DNA from: Chiloscyllium plagiosum
Taxonomy: Eukaryota
Assembly (NCBI RefSeq): GCF_004010195.1
Contig: NC_057747.1
Coordinates: 12,483,673 to 12,547,672, forward strand
DNA length: 64,000 nt
Reading direction: 5' to 3'
The position numbers and the translations under genes are program-made. This document shows positions 49,727-61,504 of this stretch, in pieces. Position 1 is the first letter of the stretch. Each line of letters opens with the position of its first letter. A model generated the notes under the pieces. That model was not told the DNA's origin and searched no databases. It saw nothing but the letters and a program-made list of their open reading frames with translations.

Positions 49727-51442
49727 TGCAAGTTCCCCTTTGTAGGTGTTCAATTATAGAATGTAGGGCAGGTGTTGGGAAACAGAAAGGATGGATGTGG
49801 GATTACTGGCTAGGGCACCAGGAGATACGTGGCCTGGTTCTGCACCAGGACTCATCATGTGATTCCAGAGACTCTGCAATGCGGCAAACTTTTCCCTGCT
49901 CTGGGAAAGGGCCGAGCAACTCACTCAGTGCAAGAGCAAGGAGGGACAGGCCTTGTCAGGAAACACCTACACCCACAACAAAGAGCAGCTGAGATATTTT
50001 ACCTTCCAACCCACTGTCACATCAGAGAGAGAGAGAGAGTGGCAGCTGAGGTGCAGACTCATAAACATTGATACAGAGGTGTTCACATTTACACGTGCTC
50101 ATATCAAATCCGTTGAGATGTTTTGATAGCAAGACTTGGCAGGCGCCTGCTTCTGATTATACATAGATTATTTGCCAATACGTGGAGCAGAAACTGGAGG
50201 GCGGTCTATTGGAGCTAAACTGCAATCAAGCCATGAAATAGTGCCAAGAACATCACTCTCTGCTACCGAAGTGATCTCCTGTAAAACTTAGAACAAAGTG
50301 ACCTGCCAGATAAATCACCTTTAACATGTAACATACGATGGGCAAGAATTGACCCTTACGCTAAACCCACGCTGCTCCAAGTTCGAGGGACAATTTCTCT
50401 GCATTCTGAGAGATATTATGACAAGCGAGGCAACATACCAGAGCGCGTTCCTCATGCAACCTTCACACAGGGAACAAGCGCCGTGCCTAACATGGGAATT
50501 TTCCGAAATCCGCTTCTGGCGCTCGGATGAACATTGGACTTTTATCCATAGTTATTGTCCGGAGAAATGGTCAGATTGTAATTGACCCAAACAGACTGCC
50601 GGCAGGTTAGCCAAACTAGAGAGACTAGATAGGCTGGGGCAAAACCCCGAAATTGCTGGAGAAACTCAGCAGGGGTCTGGCATCATCAGTGGAGAGAGAA
50701 AACAGAGTGAAAGTTTCCAGACCAGTGACATTCCTTCAGAGCTCAACTAGGGCTGGAGGCTGTTTCCCTGAGCAGAGGAGGCTAAGCAGTTGGAGATTGG
50801 TGTTGACTGAGGTGTACAAAATTCTGATGAGCCCAGGGAGATAGGGAGACTTTCCCCCACACCCCGCACCCTTTAGTTGAAGGGTCACTAATCAAGAGGT
50901 ATACGCTGATTAAGGCAAAGAGTAGGAGCTGTCATAGAGTCATAGAGATATACAGCACGGAAACAGACCCTTCGGTCCAATCCGTGATTATAAACCTCTA
51001 TAAAGTCACCTCTCAGCCTCCGATGCTCCGGGGAAAACAGCCCCAGCCTATCCCTCAAATCCTCCAATCCTGGCAACCTCATTGTAAATCTTTCCTAGTT
51101 CTGGACTCCCCCAATCCAGGGAAAATACCTTGTCTATTTATCCTATCGGTGCCCCTCATGATTTCATAAACCTCTATTTAGTCTAGTCCTATTTCCAGTA
51201 CTTGGCCCTATACTTTGTAATTTTAAAAAAAATTCAACCTTTTCAGAAATGCTGTTATACACCTCTGCAGTGAATGGGTCTTAAACCGAGATAGGAACAC
51301 TACCACTGCATCACAAGGCTTTTAAGTGCTCATCTGATTTTTTTTTCTAATTGGCTACAGGGTTCACACCTGTAATGGCCTTTTGGCAGTGAATTCCAGA
51401 TACCCACATTCCTCTGAATCAAAAATAATCCTTAAATCCCCA

Positions 51443-51810
51443 CGGGAGGTTTACAAAGTCATGAGGGGCATGGATAGGATAAATAGACAAAGTCTTTTCT
51501 CTGGGGTGGGGGAGTCCAGAACTAGAGGGTATAGGTTTAGGGTGAGAGGGGAAAGATATAAAAGAGACCTAAGGGGCAACTTTTCCACACAGAGGGTGGT
51601 ACAGGTATGGAATGAGCTGCCAGAGGACGTGGTGGAGGCTGGTACAATTACAACATTTAAAAGACATCTGGATGGGTATATGAATAGGAAGGGTTTAGAG
51701 GGATATGGGCCAGGTGCTGGCGGGTGGGACTAGATTGGGTTGGGATATCTGGTCGGCATGGACGGGTAGGACCAAAAGGTTTGTTTCCATGCGGTACATC
51801 TCTCTGACTC
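51443..51810 (+). mobile_element. CR1-type LINE 3' fragment
   Basis: EVYKVMRGMDRIN...RDLRGNFSTQRVVQVWNELP. Confidence 0.9.
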
Positions 51811-54644
51811 GAAATGGATATTTGATGACCTGGAAAGGACACGATGGGCCGAAGTACCTCTTTCCGTGCTGCGAGAGCTCTCTGACTCTAGTGGAAGCAG
51901 GGGAAACAGCATAACCGCGTATAGGACCGGGGAAGGTGGTGGGTATGAAGATGCTGTTTTATACTGCAGTACACTCCATGAAAATGCAGCAAATCTGAAG
52001 TAGTGGGAACTATCCTGTTTAACATAGGCGACTCTGAATAGCTTTGTCAACGTCGCGGGGTTTGACCATTTTTATTTGACAAGCCCATTCTCTCTTGGGC
52101 TGGAATCCAAGTTTGCTTTCTGGATGACCAGATGCAGATGTTTTGCTGTTTGCCTCTTGTCGGCCCTTGTAGGTAGATTGATTTGGCCGAAGAAGGTCTC
52201 CTTTAGTAAATGCTCGCACTGACCAACCTGTGGGATCCCACTCAGGTGGCAGGACAGGTGTTAAGGAGTATGGGGTGAATTGACCCCCTCCCCTAGCATC
52301 GGTTTGAAACCAAGTGATCAAAGCGAGGAAAATAGACCTGGATAATACATTTCTAAACGGAAGATGCATTTTGTTTGCAAATCTGAGACAGTTTGCAATT
52401 CATTTAAAGATTGGTTTTATTTTAATGATCTTTTAAAGTTGAAAATTCGTTCGATCGAAGTCATTCATTTCAAACCGATCTGTTCATTTTTTTAAAATCT
52501 CCATCCGGATAAAATTGACAACCTCAGAGTCTGTCACCTCCTACCCAGTAGGTACCCAGTACTTCTGATCGCCTTGACCAATCTCACTGGAGAGAAAATA
52601 AACTTTATTTCCAACTCTCTTTCCCTCTCTTCACCCTTCTCTCCCATTTCTCGACATTATCCTCCTGCCCTACTCGCCCGTTCTCCCTTCCCCTTAAATC
52701 CTGGGGTAATTGATTTGAAAATAAATAACTAAATAATCGATTTCCATCTTCCAGCTGACGCTTTCAGTCTCGGAAGATGCTGGAAGGAGACGGGGGAGTG
52801 GGTCATTCTTAAAAGCGTCATGGTTTGCTCCCGGCTCAGTCAACACCACAAAGCATTCAGGGAAAAAAATGGAGTCGTCCCCACTTTGATGTTTATCCCA
52901 TGTTAGTTAAAGGTCAAAATAATAAATGTATACCCAAATTGAAGCGTTTAGGAAGGACAATGAAGGCAAAATGTTACATTCTGACTGCGTCTGCCTCTCA
53001 GAGCGTGATAAACGCGTTTGAAAAGTGGGACCAAAAGCTGAACAGCGTGAGTCCCTGGCCGAAGAATAGGGCTTTGATGACAATTTAGACAATGCTGGCA
53101 CCTTCAAGCCGCATTCATCTTTCTGTATCTGTCTCTGCATCTCTCCACACCGCCAGCTGCAGCCTTCATTTGCAGTTCCATTCACACACACATAGAAATT
53201 CCCTTAAATTACAACCCCAGCCAAGGTTGGGGGGGAAGAGAGAGAGAAAAAAAACCCTCCTTTGCATTAGCAACAGCTGCACGTTTTGGGAATTATTTCA
53301 TGCCCCCCACCCCGACTGGAATTATTGGAAATGTTAAAAAAAAAGTATTTTTTTCTAACGGACTCACTGTCATGCACATCAAGTATATTGGGGAGGGAGC
53401 TTCCCATGATTTAATCAGGGGCTTTGGAAATGCATTGATTTTGGACAAAATTAGTCAAATGGTCGATAACACTCCCAAGATTTATTTTAAAAATTCCAGC
53501 AAATGACTGAGCAAAAGGCACAAGGGTAATTTAAAGTGAGTGCACATTTAAATTTTAAATCTGTTAAGTTCGTATACAGGGCTTGGAATTGGGTGAGATG
53601 TATGAGGTTGTGTTGGTGCGTTATAAAGAAGCACTTACCCCGTTATTTTTGGGTCTACGAACTGACAAGTCAGTACAGATACTCGTTCGGAATCTGCATG
53701 GATTATTTATTGTCGATGTCCTAAAAGAGAGATTCCGCCTCCCGACCCTGTTTCAACCTGCTCTTTCGAATCAATGCTACCGAAAGCTCTTCAGAAAACC
53801 TCTCCCCTCCCCGTCATCAGCCGGACCAGATTAATTGCTGTCCTTTCCATCGGCCCTGTCACAGGCAGAACGGGACCTGAAACCAGGTTACACCGGCTTT
53901 GTCTGCACAATAATTGGAAGAAATTCAAAACAAAAATAAGTGCATGTCGCACAGGATAATGGAGAAGGAATTAAATGTAGGAAGCGAGAGGCAAAGAGAG
54001 AAAGCAAGTTGAAAACAATTGGCAGGATTTCATTTTGAATTCCTACAACTTTTCGTTTGTCACTTGATGGGTGAGGCAGCGATGCACAGAGTAGGAATTT
54101 AATGAATGTATGATTTTTTTTTAAAAGAAAAGCTAAGCATTTTTTTTATTCCAGTCTCTCTATTGACTGAGGGAGTTGACGCGTGTGATTGGAGGCTATA
54201 TTGTCATTCGTTGGTCAGTAAGAATGTAAGAACTGCGAGCCCGTTTGAAGAAGTCTAATTGATTGAGAACCGCGAATATGGCTTACTGATAAATGGTTGA
54301 CATCAAAGACATAATAGAGAGGGGCTCCAGAGAGTCACCTCAGCCCCCAGTGGGCACACCATTGGCAAAACAACAGAGCCATCGGGGGCGAAATGAATGG
54401 ATACTTTTTAACAACAAATTAGCCGAATAATCATCGAAATTTTCTCAAACGGCGATATTAAAACGCCAGCCTTTTAAAAGCTGCCGCCCGGATGAATTTT
54501 TTTTTTAAAAATGGCATTCGCTCGGTCAATTGGCAACGCGTTCGCTACTTTTTAAAAAAATATTTCCTCCAATGTTATGTCTCACCCACTTGTTCTGCAG
54601 TTTCCCGTTTGTTGGTTTGTAATTAAGCGGCCATTTCTCAGGCT

Positions 54645-54847
54645 TAAAAATCACACAACACCAGGTTATAGTCCAACAGGTTTAATTGGAAGCACTCTAG
54701 CTTTGGGAGCGAAGTGTGGACAATCACCTGATGAAGGAGCATCGCTCCGAAAGCTAGTGTGCCTCCAAATAAACCTGTTGGACTATAACCTGGTGTTGTG
54801 TGATTTTTAACTTTGTACACCCCAGTCCAACACCGGCTCCTCCAAAT
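54645..54847. mobile_element. Fold-back PLE-terminus element, family B
   Basis: 13-bp direct repeat catttctcaggct at 54632-54644 and 54848-54860; core CAC-CTGATGA-A-GGAGC..GCTCC-GAAAGCTA-GTG at 54725-54759. Confidence 0.85.
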
Positions 54848-55794
54848 CATTTCTCAGGCTGAACATTTGTAGTTTAGTTTCATAATTGGTTTACCAGCTC
54901 ACTCAAATTTCTAGACCCCCGGGATTCATTCTCTTTAAATGTATTTTTTTTTCTCCCAGGACGATGTGTAGAGTACAGAGTACATTTTAGCTTTATCCTT
55001 AAGTCTATTTTGCCAATAAGCACATGGCTGTTTAACAACTATATTTATGAGCAGGTGTTACAGCAGACCTCAGCTGTACACCACCTCAGAATGCAACTTA
55101 AAGTATTCAAATAAATCAAAAGGTGTGAATGCAGAAATAGACTTGTTAGAGAAACTCAACATGTCTGGCAGCATCACCTGTTGAGTTTCTCCAGCAATCT
55201 CTTTGCATTCCGCCTCTCACAATAACCAGCGACAACTTCCACAGAAGTTGCAGATAATTTAATTCAACGTTATGGCACATCAGCAGAAGTTCTGTTTGAA
55301 ATAGGCTCAGGTTTCCTTTCTGTTTTGCACCAAAACCGTCGACATTTCTTTTGGTGATGGTCAAATTGAACTCACCGCCTCAGCTGTCGCTAGGACCTCC
55401 TCACCCTCAGTGAGACTACCCCGTCCTCCCTTCAGATGTGCAAATGTAAAAAAATATTGACAGCACAGTTAGAATAAAAGAGGAGGGAGAGAGAGAGAGA
55501 GAGAGACCGTTCTCGTGGTGAGGTTTGAGGGGGGTGGTTTTGTGGGAAATGAAGTCTCCCTCAGGAACTGGCGGCAGATTCGCTTCATGGCATTCCTGAG
55601 AAATGCTTTCAGGTCACTCGGGGAAGAGCCATTTAGAGAATGTAATGCCCAGTATAGGAGATATTTCTGTCTGACTCCTGTACCACAACAAAGTGACACT
55701 TGCCCGACCCTCTTCTCCCCGGTGATTTAATCCACTTTAACTGTCTGTCAACAATAATACTGTTTAAAAACTATCAGTCCTGCCGACTCCCTGT

Positions 55795-55982
55795 CACGTC
55801 AGGCAGCATCCGAAGAGCCGGAAAATAGACCTTTCGGGCAAAAGCCCTTCATCAGGAATCCTCATTCCTGATTCCTGATGAAGGGCTTTTGCCTGAAAGG
55901 TCAATTTTCCTGCTCCTCGGATGCTGCCTGACCTGCTGTGCTTTTCCAGCACCACTCTAATCTGCAGCACCCACTTCTGCCT
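55795..55982. mobile_element. Fold-back PLE-terminus element, family A
   Basis: Inverted arms, both carrying the variant GAAAGGTC. Confidence 0.75.
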
Positions 55983-56282
55983 AGTCCCTGTTAGTCCTGC
56001 TTGATGCCCCACGAATGAGGAGCTGCAAACTAAGTTGGACTTGCTTTTTTCTGAACCTTCTTTGCAGCTGTAACTTTGTATTCCTCCCTCTGTTCAATCA
56101 GCTTTGTATGTCAGGACACTGCAGGCAAAACAAAACTTCTCCCTGTCCCTAGGTACATGTGACAATAATAAATTAAATTGCTATCCAATTAACTCTCAGC
56201 ATTGGAGCCAGGCAGTCAGAAAGCAGTGAAACCGTCAGGTGCTTTTACATTTTTTTAATATATTGCCCCTTATTTTGAGAAT

Positions 56283-56663
56283 AGAGGTTTATAAAATCAT
56301 GAGGGGCATGGATAGGATAGGATAAATAGAAAAAGTGTTTTCCCTGGGGTGGGGGCATTCAGAACTAGAGGACATAGGTTTAGGGTGAGAGGGGGAAGAT
56401 ATAAAAGAGACCTCAGGGGTAACTTTTTCATGCAGAGGGTGGTACGTGTATGGAATGAGCTGCCAGAGGAAGTGGTGGAGGCTGGTACAATTGCAACATT
56501 TAAGAGGCATTTGGATGGGTATATGAATAGGAAGGGTTTGGAGGGATATGGGCCAGGTGCTGGCAGGTGGGACTAGATTGGGTTGGGATATCTGGTCGAC
56601 ATGGGCGAGTTGGACTGAAGGGTCTGTTTCCGTGCTGTACATCTCTATGGCTCTATGACTCTA
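56283..56663 (+). mobile_element. CR1-type LINE 3' fragment
   Basis: Near-identical to 51443-51810. Confidence 0.9.
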
Positions 56664-58489
56664 AATCATATAAAGCAAACCCTGGATTCATGCCTGATTC
56701 TTTTGCTAATGTGTTCTTGGTTATTGAATGCATTTTTTTTAAAGGAAGCTAAGATGTGCTTTCCCTGAGTTTGTAACTGCGGATACCAACAGGTTTTTGG
56801 AATCACTTTTCCGAGACCAAGTTGTTTTGTGATGCCGTGACAAACTCTCTGAAAGTTCACTCTCTGAATCTGTCAACCTCAGTGCAGCCCATTTCATTCC
56901 ATGTTCTTTGTCTTTAAAGGAGACATAGATTTAACCCTCATTTCTCTGCTCATCACTGATTTGGGAGAGAGCTCCCAGCTTTCCCTAACCATTGCCAAAC
57001 AGGTAAAGGACTGCAATAACCAGTTGCCTTACTGCACGGTGTGTACATGGTTAAATATGTTCTCATTGTTCTCTTCAGAAATTGGCACTGGCAGTGCGTA
57101 ACACTGATGGCTGGATCCTTTCATTATTAAATCATTATCTGGCATTTAATAATTATTTTGGCATTTGTGGTCTGCACAGTGGAGTGGTAATTTAACACTG
57201 AATTATCCTACATGCTCCAACAGATTCATTCAGGAAACATGCTCTTATGAAGTACACAAGACTTCCCAAGTTGTCTCCCAATCTAGATGATAAAACTATG
57301 ATAACATTTCATTTGCCTCTGCAGTAAAGCTGGGTACACTACGAATTATCCATCATCTCCTAGATAAACCAACTTTCCATCCCAATAGGCTGCCTGAGAT
57401 TAATTTCCAATTTATAATAAAACTCTGGATTTTTGCACAATGTCTTCTAAATGCTTTCCTCACTTGGAACTGGATTGATATTATTGCAGGGAGGGGAAGA
57501 GAGAGAAACAATCATTTGGGACAGTGGACTAGAGCTGAACTGAGCTCCTAGACTTGAAAGGATGATACTTTAAGTCACTGAGGCACTCAGACCGCTTCCA
57601 TTCAGTCTCAGAGAGTCTGCAGCACAGAAAGAGGCCCTTCAGCCCATTGTGGCCGGGCCAGCCATTGAATATCCATCTGTTCTAAGCCCTGAGTGTGTGT
57701 TATGGCATTTCAAATGTTCATCTAAGGAGTTCTTAAATGTCTTCAGAGTTCCTGCCTTTACCATCTTTTTCGGCTGTGAGTTCTAGAAACCCTCTGGTTA
57801 AAAAAAACATCAAATCCCCTCTAACCCCTCTGCTGCTCACCTTAAAACTTTGTCACCTGGTTATTGTCCACTCAACTCAGGGCAAACATTTCTCGCTATC
57901 TACCCAGTCTATGCCCCTCAGACCTTGGTACACCTGAATCAGATCCTCTTCAGCTTTCTCTGACTATTTTCTTGTTCCTGCTAAATGGCATTCCTCTGTA
58001 TTTCTCATGTTGACAGTGGTCTCAGTTCTGAATGTGCACTGGTAGACGAAGGGAATTTAAGGTGATAGATGTGAATGCATGACACCGTAAGACCAAACAC
58101 ATTCCTGATGTCGGGAATGAAAAGTTACAGCAAGACAATGTAGAACTCACTAACATCACAAAACACAGTTTGTACAGAAGCATACATTGCATCTGATTTT
58201 TCAAAAATTATTTATTGGGTGGTATCACTAGCAAAACCATAATTTCTTATCCAGTTTTAGTTGTCCCAGAGACATTTAAAAAAAACCCGATATGACACCT
58301 TGCATAAGCTCACAATTTCCCAAATCACATCACAGCAAATTACATGACTATTGAATTGCTGGCTCAGGCATATTCACAGGATGGAATTTAAAAACATTCC
58401 GAAGGACATTCTGTACTGGGAAGCATCAGAGCTAAAGGACCAGTAGGACACTCAAAGCTCCATTCTAAGGAACACCAAGCTATCACAGA

Positions 58490-59080
58490 TGTAGAGTCAT
58501 ACAGCAGGAAACAGACCTTTCAGTCCAACTCATCCATGCCAACCAGATATCCCAAACTGAACTAGTTACATTTGCCTGTGTTTGGCCCATATCCCTTTAA
58601 ACCTTTCCTATTCATGTACCTGTCAAAATGTCTTTTAAATGTCATAACTATACCTGCCTCTACTACTTTCTCTGGCAGCTCATTCCATATAAGTACTGCC
58701 CTCTGTGTGAAAAAGTTGTCCCATTTGATGTTTTAAATCTTTCCTCTCCCACCTTAAACCTATGCTCTCTAGTTTTGGATTCCCCTACCCTGGGAAAAAG
58801 CTCACCTGATCTTGCCTCTTATGATTTTATAAACCTCTATAAGGTCACCCCTGAGAAAACACGCTCCAGAGAAAACAAAAAGTCCCTGCTTATCCAGCCT
58901 CTCCTTATAACTCAAGCCCTCCAGTCCTGGTAACATCCTTATAAATCTTTTCGGCAACCTTTCCAATTTAATAATGTCCTTCCTCTAGCAGGGCGACAAG
59001 AACTGCTCGCAGTACTCAAAAAATGGCCTCACCAGTGTCCTACACAGCCACAGCACAATGTCCCAACCCTGATACTCATA
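58490..59080 (-). mobile_element. CR1-type LINE 3' fragment
   Basis: Reverse-strand CR1 ORF2 end and tail. Confidence 0.8.
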
Positions 59081-61309
59081 TTCTTGCATGCATGGCTTAC
59101 ACATGGGGGGGACACTAACCCAAATCAGAGGGAAATGGCAACATTACCGACAGACTAGTCTATGCAGCCATGATGATCAGTGGCTGGAATGGCTTGACAG
59201 CAGATGCCAACACTGTAGACAACAATCCACAATGACATCTGTGAACAACCTCACCGCTGGAAGAAATGGCCTCACATGTATTGGTTTCTTTGGCCAAATG
59301 TACACTGTTTGAAGCCACTCTTTCATCGTATGTCTATCATATAACGTGGGAGAATGAATGTCCCACTGCCACCAAATAACATAGGCACATACACAAAAAA
59401 AAATTGTGCACAGGAGCAGGTGAATCTGGGGGCTCAGATGATATTGATAAAACATTTAAATCTCACGGTATTGATTCAGAGACTTCCTACTGAAGATTGA
59501 GATAATGAGGAGCTTTTCTTTTCTTGGAAGGCTGTGAGTCTTGGAAATCTTTTCCACTCAAAATGTTGGAGATAGGGGGCAATGTAATATGTTTTAAGGC
59601 AGAGCCCGATAGATTGTTGATTAAAGAGGGAGCCAGTGGTTACAGGGCGAGCTAGGAATATGATGCTGAGACCACAATCCGGTCAGTTGAATGACAGTGC
59701 AAGTTAGGGGAGGAAAATTGCTTATTTCTGCTCCTAAATGCATGTTCATATTTTGATGTTTGCACAGTTCATGCTGTGATCTGAGTCCGTTAACTATTTC
59801 AGTTATTTAATCATCTAACATTTGCAAAGGAAGCTGTGCTTTCAATTGCTCTGGACTTTGGAATTCCCAATCTCCAACTTGATCTCATTTTCCTTCTGTA
59901 AGACATTCCATAAAACCGACCTTTGTGACTACTTTTGGTCAACTGATCAAATATCTCCTATGTGGCTCATGTCAAATTTGTTTTGTAATGCTCCCGCAAA
60001 GTACTGCCGAAGGGCCCGTTCCTGTGCGGTACAGTTCTATGTTCTACTTTGGGTGTGGTATTGCCTAAATATTAGGTGTTGTTAAATAAGTAGCAATGCA
60101 GACAAAAAGCAATTAAAAGATCCCACAGTTGTTAAACAAATAACAATGTTTAGCTTCATTGAGTGGGAGCTTGAATGTCTTTCATTAAGTTTCAGTTTAA
60201 TGTTCACTCGCAGGTATTTATTGCTTCGGATATAACATGTTGGAAATACAGATGTAGTCACAAAATGTTTGAGCATTTACGATTGATGTGTAGACTGTTA
60301 TGAAATGTAAGACAATAAAGTGATGCTTTGGTGTACCTGATTGATCTTTGATGTAGAAGGGTGTAATTTGACAGGAGATTATTTTTTCACAATCATCAGG
60401 CAAACATATCTTAGAGACATTTCTGTAACTGCTGTAATGAATATTCAGTCAAAAGTTTAATCACTTGTTTCACAGAATAAACTCATGTGTCCATTCATGA
60501 TTTATTTTACTGCTTCAGTTTGCTGGCGGAAGTGTTTAAGTTGAAATTATAATGCCACAGTATTTATAATTCTGTCAGAAGTGGTTGGAACAAGCAGGCT
60601 CTACATCATTGACACTGAACAGTATGTGAAATTCCACAATCTAGACATCAGGGAAGCATTGCTATAATCTGGAATGTACAACCTTTTTTTTCATGGAATT
60701 CTTTATTCTTTCATAGGATACAGGAGTCATTGGCCAGGTCAGCATTTGTTGTCAGTTCCTAGTGGCTTGCTAGGCCACTGTAGAAAACAGTTAAGAGTCA
60801 ACCACATCTGGAGTCACATGTCAACCGATCCAGAAAAGGAGGCCAGATTCCCTTTGCAATTAGTGAACTGCTTGGGTTTTTACAGTAATCACTGACAGTT
60901 GTCATGGTCACCAGTACTGAAACATGCTTTATATTCCAGACTTATTAATTGCATATTCAAGATTAGCTTTCCAAAGGAATGGGATAAATACTTGAAGGGG
61001 AGAAAATTGCAGGGCTGTGGTGAAGAGCAGGGGAGTGCAAGATTAAAAAGGTGGTCCACACATGATAGATCAAAAGGCTTCCCCCTGGTATGCTGCAAGA
61101 TTCTAATATGGTGTTTGCAAGATTCAACAATAAAACTGCCACTTGTCTGTCATTTGGTTCTGAATTTTACAAATATGTTGACATCTGTTGACACCAGCTA
61201 CAACTGGATATAAGTATGATGCAAGTCTGAGTATATGATATAGTCGTTCTGTAAATTGTTCTTCCATCTATCTGTGAACAGGTTTCATTCCACAGGTAAG
61301 CTTATTCCT

Positions 61310-61504
61310 GATTTGGACCGGGGTGTACAAAGCTAAAAATCACACACCACCAGATTATAGTCCAACAGGTTTAATTGGAAGCACTAGCTTTAGAGTGCTG
61401 CTCCTTCATCAGGTGGTTGTCACCTGATGAAGGAGCAGTGCTCCGAAAGCTAGTGCTTCCAATTAAACCTGTTGGACTATAATCTGGTGGTGTGTGATTT
61501 ACGT
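61310..61504. mobile_element. Fold-back PLE-terminus element, family B
   Basis: Inverted arms around about 61418; core at 61424-61452; 8-bp direct repeat ttattcct at 61302-61309 and 61505-61512. Confidence 0.85.

Noticed and set aside
52019-52369. 116-aa - strand ORF in unique sequence
   Set aside because: No recognisable domain or exon structure; length is compatible with chance.
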